This document shows, one piece after another, positions 35,828 through 45,261 of a stretch of DNA of 64,000 nucleotides. The notes beneath the pieces were generated by a model. That model did no database searches and had not been told where the DNA came from. It saw only the letters and a list, made by a program, of their open reading frames with translations. The DNA lies in contig JAFYAW010000012.1 of assembly GCA_017540505.1 (NCBI GenBank), positions 13,847 to 77,846 of the forward strand. Reading direction: 5' to 3'. Source of the DNA: Bacteroidales bacterium. GTDB lineage: Bacteria; Bacteroidota; Bacteroidia; Bacteroidales; WCHB1-69. The first letter of the stretch is position 1; every line of letters starts with the position of its first letter. Made by a program: the position numbers and the translations under genes.

Positions 35828-37441
35828 ATGAGAAGGATACGGTTGCTTCTGCTCGTTTTGCTGGCCAACATCCAGCTATCCAGTGCCCAAGTGACCCTCT
35901 CCTTTTCCAAACCCGGCGGATGCTATGCGGATGCCTTCACCCTTGCCATTACGGCGGGAAACGATGAGGACATCCCCTTCCAAATCCGATACACTCTCAA
36001 CGGAGGCACTCCCTCCGTTGGGAGTTTTTTGTACAAAAAGCCCCTACCACTTGATGCCTGCCTCTACCCTACGTCCGATATTTACAAGATACCCAATGCG
36101 ATAGACAAATATCAGTCACCCATTCCTTCTGGGGTGGAACATATTATCGTGGTGCGGGCCGCCGCCTTCACCCTTGACGGCCAACGCTGCTCGGAGGTGA
36201 TCACCGCCTCCTACGTCATCACTTCGCTGCTGGGCCGGAAACTTTCGCTACCCGTTGTCTCCTTGTGCGCCGACTCCGCCGACCTCTTCGATTTTGAGCG
36301 AGGCATCTTCATCCCCGGAGCCTCCTTCAATCCCGCGCGCCCCGTTGAAACCGGCAACTACTATCTTTCGGGCCGGGAGCATGAGATTGCGGGGTATGTG
36401 GAGCTGATAGACGGGAACTGTATGCTGTCGCAGGAGTGCGGCGTGCGCACGCACGGCAACATCGGACGACGTTATTCCCAAAAGGGACTTTCCCTTTACG
36501 CCCGGAAAGAGTACGGCAAAAAGAAATTCAACCCCGTTTTTGACAACACCTCATTCAAACCCAAGCATCTGGTACTAAAACCGTTCCGTTGCGCGTGGAC
36601 CTCCACGGGCTTTCAAGACCACCTATGCCAACAGATGGCCAAACTGTTTCCCGGTTTCGAGTCGCTCCACTCCCGCCCGGTGGTGCTGTTCCTCAACGGT
36701 GAATACTGGGGCATCTATTTTCTGGAAGAAAAGCCCGACGAACGCTATATCCAAAGCCATTTCGGCATTGACGACAAAGAGGTGCGTATTGTGCGCGACT
36801 GGGTAGGGCACGACAAACACGGGGATGTGGACTCCGCCTTCGTCCTGCTAATGAAATGGCTGCAAACTGCCAACCTTTCAGAAGACCAATCCTACGCAAA
36901 ACTCCAACAAATGGTTGACGTGCAGTCTTTTACCGACTATATCCTCTTCGAGACCTTTATCGGTAACCGCGACTGGCCCGCTAACAACATGCGCTGTTGG
37001 TCAGCAAACGGGTCGCCGTGGCGCTTCATATTCTTTGATGGGGATGCCATCCGCTCGCAATCCTTTGCGGCGGTGGACAACGCGCTTTTCGAGGGCAGCC
37101 GCCAGTGTTGGCCCTCCTCGCCCGAGGCCACACTGCTGCTTCGCCGGCTGCTGCAGAACCCTAACTATAGGACGTACTTTCTAAAGCGGGTACACGAAAT
37201 GGCACGAGTTTTTTCATACCGTTATGGTTCGCCCTTGCGCCATCATTTCAACAACACCAAGGCATCCTTGGGAACAGAAATACCCTATCAGTCAAAACGT
37301 TTCGGATTTCCCGAAAGCAAACGAGCTTGGAAAAAGGCTGTCCGCCAACAACGGCGGTACTGGCGGCGGCACTGCCGCAAAGTGGAGTGCGACTGGAAAA
37401 AGGCTGTCCGCCAACGCAACGGGGAATCCATTGCGATTTAA
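35828..37441 (+). CDS. CotH kinase family protein, secreted
   Basis: Start at MRRIRLLLLVLLANIQLSSAQ (signal peptide). The context VLFLNGEYWGIYFLEEKPDERYI is typical of CotH. Very basic C-terminal tail with a duplicated WKKAVRQ. Confidence 0.65.
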   Translation: MRRIRLLLLVLLANIQLSSAQVTLSFSKPGGCYADAFTLAITAGNDEDIPFQIRYTLNGGTPSVGSFLYKKPLPLDACLYPTSDIYKIPNAIDKYQSPIPSGVEHIIVVRAAAFTLDGQRCSEVITASYVITSLLGRKLSLPVVSLCADSADLFDFERGIFIPGASFNPARPVETGNYYLSGREHEIAGYVELIDGNCMLSQECGVRTHGNIGRRYSQKGLSLYARKEYGKKKFNPVFDNTSFKPKHLVLKPFRCAWTSTGFQDHLCQQMAKLFPGFESLHSRPVVLFLNGEYWGIYFLEEKPDERYIQSHFGIDDKEVRIVRDWVGHDKHGDVDSAFVLLMKWLQTANLSEDQSYAKLQQMVDVQSFTDYILFETFIGNRDWPANNMRCWSANGSPWRFIFFDGDAIRSQSFAAVDNALFEGSRQCWPSSPEATLLLRRLLQNPNYRTYFLKRVHEMARVFSYRYGSPLRHHFNNTKASLGTEIPYQSKRFGFPESKRAWKKAVRQQRRYWRRHCRKVECDWKKAVRQRNGESIAI

Positions 37442-37632
37442 AAGGACTATAACGAAAAACGTATCGTTGATTAATTTCACCGAATATTTTTTCATAAAAT
37501 TCGAGGCAAAACGACATCCTCACACCTCCTATTTTTTACTCATTAACATATTTTAACATTTATAATTTACTTATATTCAATCTTCTATGTTATATAAAAA
37601 ATCATAAAATCGTTTTGTAACACATAAAGCAC

Positions 37633-37640
37633 TATTTTTG
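37633..37640 (+). promoter_or_regulatory. Bacteroidetes -7 promoter box (TAnnTTTG)
   Basis: TATTTTTG lies 48 nt upstream of the ATG at 37688, inside a 246-nt AT-rich spacer. Confidence 0.5.
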
Positions 37641-37687
37641 CCGCCGATTTAAAATCACGATTTTTTATAAAGAAGACGCATTAAAAT

Positions 37688-38827
37688 ATGAAAATACTTT
37701 TTGTCATTGAAACCATAGACAACCAGAACGGAACCAGTGTTTCCGCCAGAAGGTTCGCTTCAGAATTGAGAAGTCGCGGACATGAGGTGAAGTTTCTTAC
37801 AACCGGAATACCGGATGGTAACCGTTTTGTGGTCCCAGAATTGCATCTTCCGCTGGTCAACCGATTGGTCAAACGTCATGGCTTTCAGTATTCCAAAGCG
37901 GATGAAGATGTCATCCGTGAAGCCTTGGAGTGGTGTGACATAGCGCACTGTTTCATGCCTTTTGGATTGGAGGTTGCGACGAAGCGGATGGCCGACAAAA
38001 TAGGAAAGCCTTGTACGGCGGCCTTCCATGTGCAACCGGAAAATGTGACAGCCACCTTCCACATGCAAAATGTAAAGTGGTTAAACACATTGATATATAA
38101 TTACTTCTATCGTCATTTTTATAGGTTTTTCCGTCATATACACTGTCCAAGCCGATTCATAACTGACTATTTGGTACAAATTGGGTACACTAGTCAAATG
38201 CACGTTATCAGCAACGGCTGTCCTTCGCAATTCTCCTGGCACAAATGCGACAAACCCTCCTGGTGTGCCGACAAGTTCGTGGTGCTGATGGTAGGCCGAC
38301 TGTCGCCAGAAAAGCACCAGGAAACCATCTTGGAGGCTGTCCGACATTCGGCATACGAATCGAAAATCCAGGTGATTTTAGTGGGGACTGGCTTAAGTGA
38401 GAAAAAATTGCGCAAGAAAGGGAAGAAACTTTCCAATCCGCCCCGTATCGGCTACATGTCCGACCGGCAACTGATGAAAGCATTAGGATATGCGGACCTG
38501 TACGTGCATGCGGGCGAAGTGGAATTGGAATCCCTTTCATGCCTGGAGGCAATGGGCTCTGGACTGGTGCCGCTTATTTCAAGCAGTTCGCAAAGCGCAA
38601 CACCCCAGTTCGCCTTAGACAGCCGCAGTCTGTTCACGCCTCGCAAACCACAGCTGCTGGCGCAAAAAATCGACTATTGGATTGAACATCCGGAAGCCAG
38701 AAAAGAAATGGAAAGAAAATACGCTAATCTTGTTAAGCAATACAGTATAACAGAATCAGTGGCAAATTTCGAGAAAATGCTGATGGAGGAAATTGCGGAT
38801 CATGAGACAACCAACCGGAAAAAATAG
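37688..38827 (+). CDS. glycosyltransferase, GT4/GT-B family
   Basis: 379 aa. GT-B layout with C-terminal LYVHAGEVELESLSCLEAMGSGLVPL (the E-x7-E-like region of GT4 enzymes). Confidence 0.75.
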   Translation: MKILFVIETIDNQNGTSVSARRFASELRSRGHEVKFLTTGIPDGNRFVVPELHLPLVNRLVKRHGFQYSKADEDVIREALEWCDIAHCFMPFGLEVATKRMADKIGKPCTAAFHVQPENVTATFHMQNVKWLNTLIYNYFYRHFYRFFRHIHCPSRFITDYLVQIGYTSQMHVISNGCPSQFSWHKCDKPSWCADKFVVLMVGRLSPEKHQETILEAVRHSAYESKIQVILVGTGLSEKKLRKKGKKLSNPPRIGYMSDRQLMKALGYADLYVHAGEVELESLSCLEAMGSGLVPLISSSSQSATPQFALDSRSLFTPRKPQLLAQKIDYWIEHPEARKEMERKYANLVKQYSITESVANFEKMLMEEIADHETTNRKK

Positions 38828-39968
38828 CTGCAGACTGGTTATCCTGCTCTTACTGTTCCCCATTCTCGCAGGAGCACAACCAACCGAATCCAGCTCCCCC
38901 ATATATAATGAAGACGGATCCGTGACATTTGTTCTCAAAAGACCAGAAAGCCGCCGTGTGCGGATATATTGCGATTGCGCATTGCGGAACAAGAAGTACA
39001 ACGTGAACAGGGAAAACCTGCAATCGGCACGCATGCACCTTGACCCAAGCGGACTGTTTACATACACTACCCCTCCGCTCGCGCCGGAAGTCTATACCTA
39101 TCGGTTCCAATCGCACGGGCAAAAACTGACAGATCCCAACAATGCGGATTCCATCCGGATTTCAAACGGGAAACGGAGTGTGTTCGTCATTCCCGGATCC
39201 TCCCTGTCGGACTTGTGCCGCACCGACTCGTTGGCCGGAAAGACAGAAGCGTGCGAGTTTTGGGATTCCGCCTGCGGGAAGACACGCCGCATCCTACTAT
39301 ACCTGCCACCAGACTATTACCATACAGAGCAAAAATATCCCGTACTTTATCTCTTGCACGGCATAGATGGTAATGAGCAGGCTTGGCACGACCGCGGACG
39401 AGCGGTGCAGATGGCAGATAACCTGATACAGCAAGGCAAAGCCACACCGATGATTATCGTGATGCCTGACGCCAACCCAAAAAAAATTATCGGCCAAAAC
39501 GAAAACGTGGGATTGATACGGAATCTGCTCCTTTACTCTTCCTGGTTTCACCACGACTTCGAGCGAATATTCCTACAACTGGACAGTTTTTTATCCGCCC
39601 GTTATCGTATATCCTCCGACATGAACATGCGAGCAGTGGCCGGATTATCGGCGGGAGCCACCCAATCAGCCGCACTTGCCAACATGTACGAGGACAATTT
39701 CAAATATGTGGGGTTATTTTCTCCGATTGTGCATCGCAAGCAACAGCCAAAGCATCGAAACACCATCTATTGGATCGGAACAGGCAAACGGGACATCTTC
39801 CATCCACAAAGCAGGCGTTTTGCCCGAAAAACAGACCTTCAACAAATCCCATACATTTATTATGAAACCAAAGGGGGCCATGTATGGCGCAATTGGAGAC
39901 TTTATCTCTCCGATTTTCTGCCATATATTTTTAAAGAGATTGAAAACAAGTCCGACAATGGGTTTTAG
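38793..39968 (+). CDS. alpha/beta-hydrolase esterase with N-terminal Ig-like (E-set) domain
   Basis: 391 aa. Signal peptide LLLLFPILAGAQ. YPVLYLLHGIDGNEQAW and nucleophile elbow AGLSAGA (GxSxG). Overlaps the GT gene by 35 nt; an alternative start at 38802 is possible. Confidence 0.7.
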   Translation: MRIMRQPTGKNSCRLVILLLLFPILAGAQPTESSSPIYNEDGSVTFVLKRPESRRVRIYCDCALRNKKYNVNRENLQSARMHLDPSGLFTYTTPPLAPEVYTYRFQSHGQKLTDPNNADSIRISNGKRSVFVIPGSSLSDLCRTDSLAGKTEACEFWDSACGKTRRILLYLPPDYYHTEQKYPVLYLLHGIDGNEQAWHDRGRAVQMADNLIQQGKATPMIIVMPDANPKKIIGQNENVGLIRNLLLYSSWFHHDFERIFLQLDSFLSARYRISSDMNMRAVAGLSAGATQSAALANMYEDNFKYVGLFSPIVHRKQQPKHRNTIYWIGTGKRDIFHPQSRRFARKTDLQQIPYIYYETKGGHVWRNWRLYLSDFLPYIFKEIENKSDNGF

Positions 39969-40021
39969 AGGGAGGATGAAACTGCCGTAATCGGTCGCGC
40001 GGACACCGACATTGCCTTTTC

Positions 40022-41662
40022 TTAATCGTGCACACAGCGGACCGAATTTCCGTAATATAATTGTCTTGTATTAAATGGATTTGGAGAGGCTCCACCCATA
40101 GTCAGGGAGAAGACTTGACCTTGATTCTGTTGCATGTTAGGAGTCCAAAAATGAGCAGCTCCCCAGAAATCACCATAAGAACCGTAGTAACTCCCTGCCG
40201 GCATCGCACTAAAACCGGTGGCATTATTCGCGGATGGATTATTACCCACACTACAGGTATTGGGCGATGTTCCCCATCCTTCCGTGGAGGCTAACGCTTT
40301 GGCAATATAATTAGAATTATTATTACACCAATATTGACTCTGGCTCCCAACATAGTTTGTAAGATCAAACCATTCATTTATATCGGGCAAATGCCAACGG
40401 ACAGGACAAATATTCCGATTCGGCATACCAGATGCGGTTACCCCCACCGCTGCCGTCCTATTGTACAACAACCCATATAGTGGCACAGTGGTGGCATCGT
40501 TGTGCGGATAGTACCAATAAGCCACATCCACAGACGTTGAGCTTCCCTGTTGGATGGGTGTGCCGTCGGAATAGTGCGTCGTGCGCAGATTCTCTTTCAT
40601 CCAGCATTGGGTTCCAAGCTGCAATGTGGTGTATGTGTTTCCGTCAATATCGACAACCAAATCTATTCCGCAATGAAAGGCGGGCCAGGTGGTGAAACTC
40701 ACAGTGTCGCCATACGCTGTGCCCATTATGTTCACTGCGTATGCCCGTACGTAGTACCGGGTTCCGGGTGTCAGCCCCGTGAGATAGCTGGTGAAACTTC
40801 CCAAACTGTCACCCTCTGTTGTGTGGTTGTCGCTGACAGTAGGATTAGGCGAGGTGCTCCAACACAAGCCGCGGGCCGTTACAGGGGCGCCGCCACCGGA
40901 TATCACACGGCCGCCTCCTGTCGCTGTAGTGTCCGTAAATTCCACAATGGCATTCGTAAGCACTTCCGGCAGAAAGCACTGCGCTTCCGAGAAATGCAGT
41001 GTGCACGTGATATGAAAAAGTTGTGTCACAACATGTCGGCTCTCCGCCTCCGCACCGCATATATCGGCATAGCCCACATACTCCATCGTGTCGCCATGAT
41101 TGTACGGATTGGTGTTGACGGATTTCAACATATAGTCGATGTCCGGACCAGCACCCAAGTAATCTATGTTATCGGATCCCGCCCCTCGGTTGCAGACCAT
41201 TTTGACGGAGCCGCTTTGGCCGTTCTGACGTGCGGTCATCACGTATGTGCCCGCCGACGAGAGGGTGACGCGGAAGCAGTGGACCCCCCGTTGCAGTGAC
41301 ATCTCCTGAGAAGACACCAACCTCCCACGCAAGTCCGTCATCTCCAACTGTACCGGGCCGTCTTCCGGCACTGCCAAACACACCTCCGTAGTACCGTCGC
41401 ATGGATTTGGTTTGTTTTGCAACACAACTACCCTGCTGACTTTCCCATAATCGTCAATTCCTGTTCCAAGTTGCATCGTCAGCGCAGTGTCGGGCCAGAA
41501 AATGGTTTCCTGCCAGTTTTTACTTAAGTTCGTGATTGTCACACGATTCAGCCGAACAGGATAGGCATTCGTGTCTTGGGCCGTGAAGGAGATGGTAACG
41601 GTTTGGGACGACGCGGCAATGCTCACAAACAAAAGAAGCAAAGAAAGAATCTGCCTTTTCAT
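40022..41662 (-). CDS. FISUMP (Fibrobacter succinogenes major paralogous) domain protein, secreted
   Basis: 546 aa. Signal peptide MKRQILSLLLLFVSIAASSQ. Fn3-like segment (ARGLCWSTSPNPTVSDNHT). C-terminal FISUMP-type segment DIDGNTYTTLQLGTQCWMKENLRTTHYSDGTPI...NSVRCVHD. Confidence 0.75.
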   Translation of the reverse strand: MKRQILSLLLLFVSIAASSQTVTISFTAQDTNAYPVRLNRVTITNLSKNWQETIFWPDTALTMQLGTGIDDYGKVSRVVVLQNKPNPCDGTTEVCLAVPEDGPVQLEMTDLRGRLVSSQEMSLQRGVHCFRVTLSSAGTYVMTARQNGQSGSVKMVCNRGAGSDNIDYLGAGPDIDYMLKSVNTNPYNHGDTMEYVGYADICGAEAESRHVVTQLFHITCTLHFSEAQCFLPEVLTNAIVEFTDTTATGGGRVISGGGAPVTARGLCWSTSPNPTVSDNHTTEGDSLGSFTSYLTGLTPGTRYYVRAYAVNIMGTAYGDTVSFTTWPAFHCGIDLVVDIDGNTYTTLQLGTQCWMKENLRTTHYSDGTPIQQGSSTSVDVAYWYYPHNDATTVPLYGLLYNRTAAVGVTASGMPNRNICPVRWHLPDINEWFDLTNYVGSQSQYWCNNNSNYIAKALASTEGWGTSPNTCSVGNNPSANNATGFSAMPAGSYYGSYGDFWGAAHFWTPNMQQNQGQVFSLTMGGASPNPFNTRQLYYGNSVRCVHD

Positions 41663-41686
41663 TTTATATCATTATAAGAATTGGTG

Positions 41687-41694
41687 CAAAGATA
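41687..41694 (-). promoter_or_regulatory. Bacteroidetes -7 promoter box (TAnnTTTG)
   Basis: The minus strand reads TATCTTTG 25 nt upstream of the ATG at 41662. Confidence 0.5.
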
Positions 41695-41743
41695 ATCTAT
41701 TTTATAAAAAACAACGGTCTGGTTAAAAAAAGTTTTTTTTTAT

Positions 41744-41751
41744 TATCTTTG
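41744..41751 (+). promoter_or_regulatory. Bacteroidetes -7 promoter box (TAnnTTTG)
   Basis: TATCTTTG lies 63 nt upstream of the ATG at 41814, divergent from the box at 41687. Confidence 0.5.
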
Positions 41752-41813
41752 CGCTCGTAAAATGACTAATAACTTGGTGGCATGAAATCCGCCATCGCTC
41801 TGAAAAACTTGAA

Positions 41814-42671
41814 ATGTTAGAGGACTATTCATCTTTTGGCCCTGCGTATCGGAACTTCAAGGTTCGCGAAGGGGTGTATGTCCCCGAACCGGCAGAGGAA
41901 TTCTCGGGAGACAATCCTTTCACAAGGATGGCCCCCATACGCGGGGAGCTCAAGGACATAAAATTTGACGGAACGTATCCGTATCTTGACAAATCCCTGA
42001 AATTCAAGATTTGGCATTTTCTCATTTACCTTACACTTTGGATTGCGGCTTTCCCATTAAACCGTATCCGCTATGGTCTCCGGATTGAAGGCCGTGAGAA
42101 GATCCGCCAGAACCGCAAACTCTTCGCCAACGGCATGATGACCGTTTGCAACCACGTGCACCGATGGGATATGATTAGCGTGTTGCAGGCAATGCGTTAC
42201 CGCCACGCATGGATTCCCATGTATGCCCAGCCTTTCCGGGGCAAAGATGGTTTCCTGATGAAAAACATCGGAGGCATCGCCATTCCAGAGGAACGCAGCG
42301 GACTGAGAGCATTTGACAAGGCACTGGACGAGCTGCACGCCAGGAAACAGTGGATACACATATTCCCTGAAAGTTGCAGTTGGAAATTCTATTCTCCGCT
42401 AAGACCTTTCAAGACAGGTGCTTTCAACATGGCCTACAAGTATGCCCTCCCGATTATCCCAATGGTGATCTCCTTCAGGCCCCGCACCGGATGGCGCAGA
42501 TTCTTCTGCCAAGGCGAACCTTTGGTCACCATCCATGTGGGCGATCCCATCATCCCGGACCTCACCGCATCCCGCAAGGAGGAGACGGCACGAATGCGCG
42601 ACCTCGCACACAAGACTATGCTTGACATGGCCGGTATAGTCTCCAATCCGTGGCCATCCAGTATTGATTGA
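41814..42671 (+). CDS. lysophospholipid/1-acyl-glycerol-3-phosphate-type O-acyltransferase (GlsA-like)
   Basis: 285 aa. NHVHRWD matches the Hx4D acyltransferase motif, plus a downstream IFPES block. Adjacent to a GNAT N-acyltransferase gene. Confidence 0.7.
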   Translation: MLEDYSSFGPAYRNFKVREGVYVPEPAEEFSGDNPFTRMAPIRGELKDIKFDGTYPYLDKSLKFKIWHFLIYLTLWIAAFPLNRIRYGLRIEGREKIRQNRKLFANGMMTVCNHVHRWDMISVLQAMRYRHAWIPMYAQPFRGKDGFLMKNIGGIAIPEERSGLRAFDKALDELHARKQWIHIFPESCSWKFYSPLRPFKTGAFNMAYKYALPIIPMVISFRPRTGWRRFFCQGEPLVTIHVGDPIIPDLTASRKEETARMRDLAHKTMLDMAGIVSNPWPSSID

Positions 42672-42685
42672 CCTTTTCTAACATT

Positions 42686-43750
42686 ATGAAAAAAATAATA
42701 GATCCTGTACCGGTAGAACTGCTCAAGGCAGAACTCACCAAATCCAAGAAGCTGGAAGACACCAACAAGGGGCACAACGAGCTCTACATCGTCACGTGGC
42801 AGGATTCCCCCAATGTCGTCACCGAAATCGGCAGGCTGCGTGAGCTGACCTTCCGCGAGGCCGGCGGTTCCACGGGCAAAGACATAGACCTGGATGAATA
42901 CGACAAGATGGAGAATCCCTACAAACAGCTGATTGTCTGGGATCCGGACAACGAAGCGATAATCGGAGGGTACCGCTTCCTCTTCGGTTCCGAAGCGACG
43001 TTTGACGAAAAGGGCCAGCCTATAATGGCAAGTGCCCATCAGTTCCACTTTTCCCAGAAATTCATCGACGAGTACCTGCCGCACGTCCTGGAACTTGGCC
43101 GCAACTTTGTGGCTCCGGAGTACCAAAGTTCCAAGAATGGTGCAAAATCCATATTCACCTTCGACAACCTTTGGGATGGCCTCGTGGCCATTATCATGAA
43201 ATACCCCAGACTGCTCTATTTCTTTGGGAAAATAACCCTGTATCCTTCATACGACCATATCGCCAAAGACTTGATCTACCATTTCCTCTGGAAGCATTTC
43301 GGAGACAAGGAAGAGCTTATCCGCCCATGGGACGACTATGCGATAACGCCGGGTTCCGACCCCGAACTGATGGATCTGATTTTGAACAAGGACGACCTGT
43401 TAGAAGACTACAAACTGCTTAAGGCGGCGGCCCGAATGAGGGGTGTGAACGTTCCGCCGAACATGACGGCCTATATCTCCATCACCTCCCAGATGCTCAT
43501 GTTCGGCACGGCGGTGAACCGGCTGATGCACAACATCGAAGACACGGCTGTACTTATTCCGTTCGATGAAATCTACCATGACAAGAAGAGCCGCCATATA
43601 GGAACCTATCTTCGCTTTCATCAATTAAAAAGGCGCAAAAAAGAGATTCTGGAAACTCCCATGGACGAAAACGAGATGATTGAGGAGTGGTTGGTCAAGC
43701 GGAACAACAAGGTACGGCGCCTGCTTAAGAGAGTTGGGCGGAAGATGTAG
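42686..43750 (+). CDS. GNAT-family N-acyltransferase of the OlsB/GlsB (N-acyl amino acid, commendamide-type) class
   Basis: ATG at 42686 (MKKIIDPVP); the ORF-track TTG start is at 42668. IGRLRELTFREAGGSTGKDIDLDEYD is typical of hemolysin-like/OlsB-type lipoamino-acid N-acyltransferases. Confidence 0.65.
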   Translation: MKKIIDPVPVELLKAELTKSKKLEDTNKGHNELYIVTWQDSPNVVTEIGRLRELTFREAGGSTGKDIDLDEYDKMENPYKQLIVWDPDNEAIIGGYRFLFGSEATFDEKGQPIMASAHQFHFSQKFIDEYLPHVLELGRNFVAPEYQSSKNGAKSIFTFDNLWDGLVAIIMKYPRLLYFFGKITLYPSYDHIAKDLIYHFLWKHFGDKEELIRPWDDYAITPGSDPELMDLILNKDDLLEDYKLLKAAARMRGVNVPPNMTAYISITSQMLMFGTAVNRLMHNIEDTAVLIPFDEIYHDKKSRHIGTYLRFHQLKRRKKEILETPMDENEMIEEWLVKRNNKVRRLLKRVGRKM

Positions 43751-43823
43751 TCCAACAACATTCCCCAAAATCCACACATTTTATTTTCAAATTTCTGCAA
43801 TTGTTTCATCAAAAGAAAATACA

Positions 43824-45077
43824 ATGAAAAAAATCCACACTATTTTACTGCCGTGCCTCGCCATCGTGTGTGCGGTGCTTTTGCTGACCGCCTGTAACAG
43901 CAAGAGCAACACTTTCAAGGAGAATCCCGATATGGAATACCGCACGTTAGGCAGCACCGGCCTGCGCGTGGGCGTCATTGGACTCGGCTGCGGCGGCTTC
44001 GATGAAATCGACTCCGCCACCTCCCGCGAGCTGGTCACCGCCGCCCTTGACCGCGGCATGAACTGCATGGACCTGTACGACGCCAACCCCAAGGTGCGCA
44101 GCAACATCGGCTACGGCCTCGGCGACCGCCGCAAGGAGATGATCATCCAGGGCCACATCGGATGCTGGTGGAACGGCGACAGCTACGAGCGCACCCGCGA
44201 CGTGGAGAAGTGCAAGAAGGGCTTCGAGGACCTGCTCACACGCCTGAACACCGACTATATAGATATTGGTATGATGCACATATTCGACAAGATGGAGGAT
44301 TGGAACGCCGTACAAGGCAGCCCATACCTGCAATATGTGCAGGATTTGAAAAAAGAGGGCAAGATCAAGCATATCGGCGTGAGCAGCCACAACGCCGAGG
44401 TGGCCCTCGCCATTGCCAAGAGCGGGCTGGTGGAGGTGATCATGTTCAGCCTCAACCCCGCCTTCGACCGTGTGCTGTCGGGGAAAAGCCCGTGGGATCC
44501 GGAGACCTTCAACGACATGCTGCCCGGCATCGACCCCGTGCGTGTGGAACTGTACGACTACTGCGCCCAGCACAACATCGCCATCACGGTCATGAAAGCC
44601 TACGGTGGCGGCGACCGTCTGTTGGATGCGGAGAAGTCGCCGCTGAAGGTGGCCCTCACCCGCGACCAGTGCGTGGCCTACGCGTTGGCAAAACCATGTG
44701 TGGCTGTGAGTTTCTGCAGCGCCGACAACGCCAACAAATTGGACGAATACCTGCATTATCTGAAAGCCACCGAGGAGGAAAAAGACTATAACGCCGTGCT
44801 GAACCGTCAGACGGCACAGGCGGAGGCTGGCACGGGTGGCTGCACCTACTGCAAGCACTGCGCCCCCTGTCCCATCGGCATTGACATCGCCAAGGTGAAC
44901 GAACTCTACGACGAGGCTCAAAAAGACGGTCTTTCCGCCCAGTTAGCTGCGGAGTACAAGCAATTGGCACATCACGCGGGCGAGTGTGTGGAATGCGGCG
45001 CGTGCGAGGAGCGCTGCCCTTTCGGTGTGCCCGTACGCGAGCGCATGAAACAGGCGGAAGCCCTGTTCGGGTATTAG
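43824..45077 (+). CDS. aldo/keto reductase with C-terminal 2x[4Fe-4S] ferredoxin-like domain
   Basis: AKR core from MEYRTLGSTGLRVGVIGLGCGG. C-terminal CTYCKHCAPCP and CVECGACEERCP. The start is ambiguous: 43824 adds a lipoprotein-like signal (LLLTAC), while 43932 gives a cytoplasmic protein. Confidence 0.7.
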   Translation: MKKIHTILLPCLAIVCAVLLLTACNSKSNTFKENPDMEYRTLGSTGLRVGVIGLGCGGFDEIDSATSRELVTAALDRGMNCMDLYDANPKVRSNIGYGLGDRRKEMIIQGHIGCWWNGDSYERTRDVEKCKKGFEDLLTRLNTDYIDIGMMHIFDKMEDWNAVQGSPYLQYVQDLKKEGKIKHIGVSSHNAEVALAIAKSGLVEVIMFSLNPAFDRVLSGKSPWDPETFNDMLPGIDPVRVELYDYCAQHNIAITVMKAYGGGDRLLDAEKSPLKVALTRDQCVAYALAKPCVAVSFCSADNANKLDEYLHYLKATEEEKDYNAVLNRQTAQAEAGTGGCTYCKHCAPCPIGIDIAKVNELYDEAQKDGLSAQLAAEYKQLAHHAGECVECGACEERCPFGVPVRERMKQAEALFGY

Positions 45078-45088
45078 AAAAAAATGCT

Positions 45089-45096
45089 TACTTTTG
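45089..45096 (+). promoter_or_regulatory. Bacteroidetes -7 promoter box (TAnnTTTG)
   Basis: TACTTTTG lies 166 nt upstream of the ATG at 45262, giving an unusually long leader. Confidence 0.35.
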
Positions 45097-45261
45097 CAGC
45101 GTCAAACGTGCGATGAAATCTTGACGGTTTGCGGACGTGAGGATACACCTGAAAAAGCGTTAAAATCCGACCCCCACGCTCTTTTCATGTGGTTATTTTA
45201 GACACTATCAAAACTGTCCTGCATCGGGAGTCTGCAGGATGCTGTTGCTAATTTTTATAGA

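Noticed and set aside
45097-45261. Possible small RNA or riboswitch in the 166-nt leader after the -7 box at 45089. Hairpins CGTCAA...TTGACG and CCTGCA-TCGGGAGTC-TGCAGG are present.
   Set aside because: No match to any RNA family I can recognise. The hairpins are short and no terminator-type U run follows. Insufficient support to call an ncRNA.
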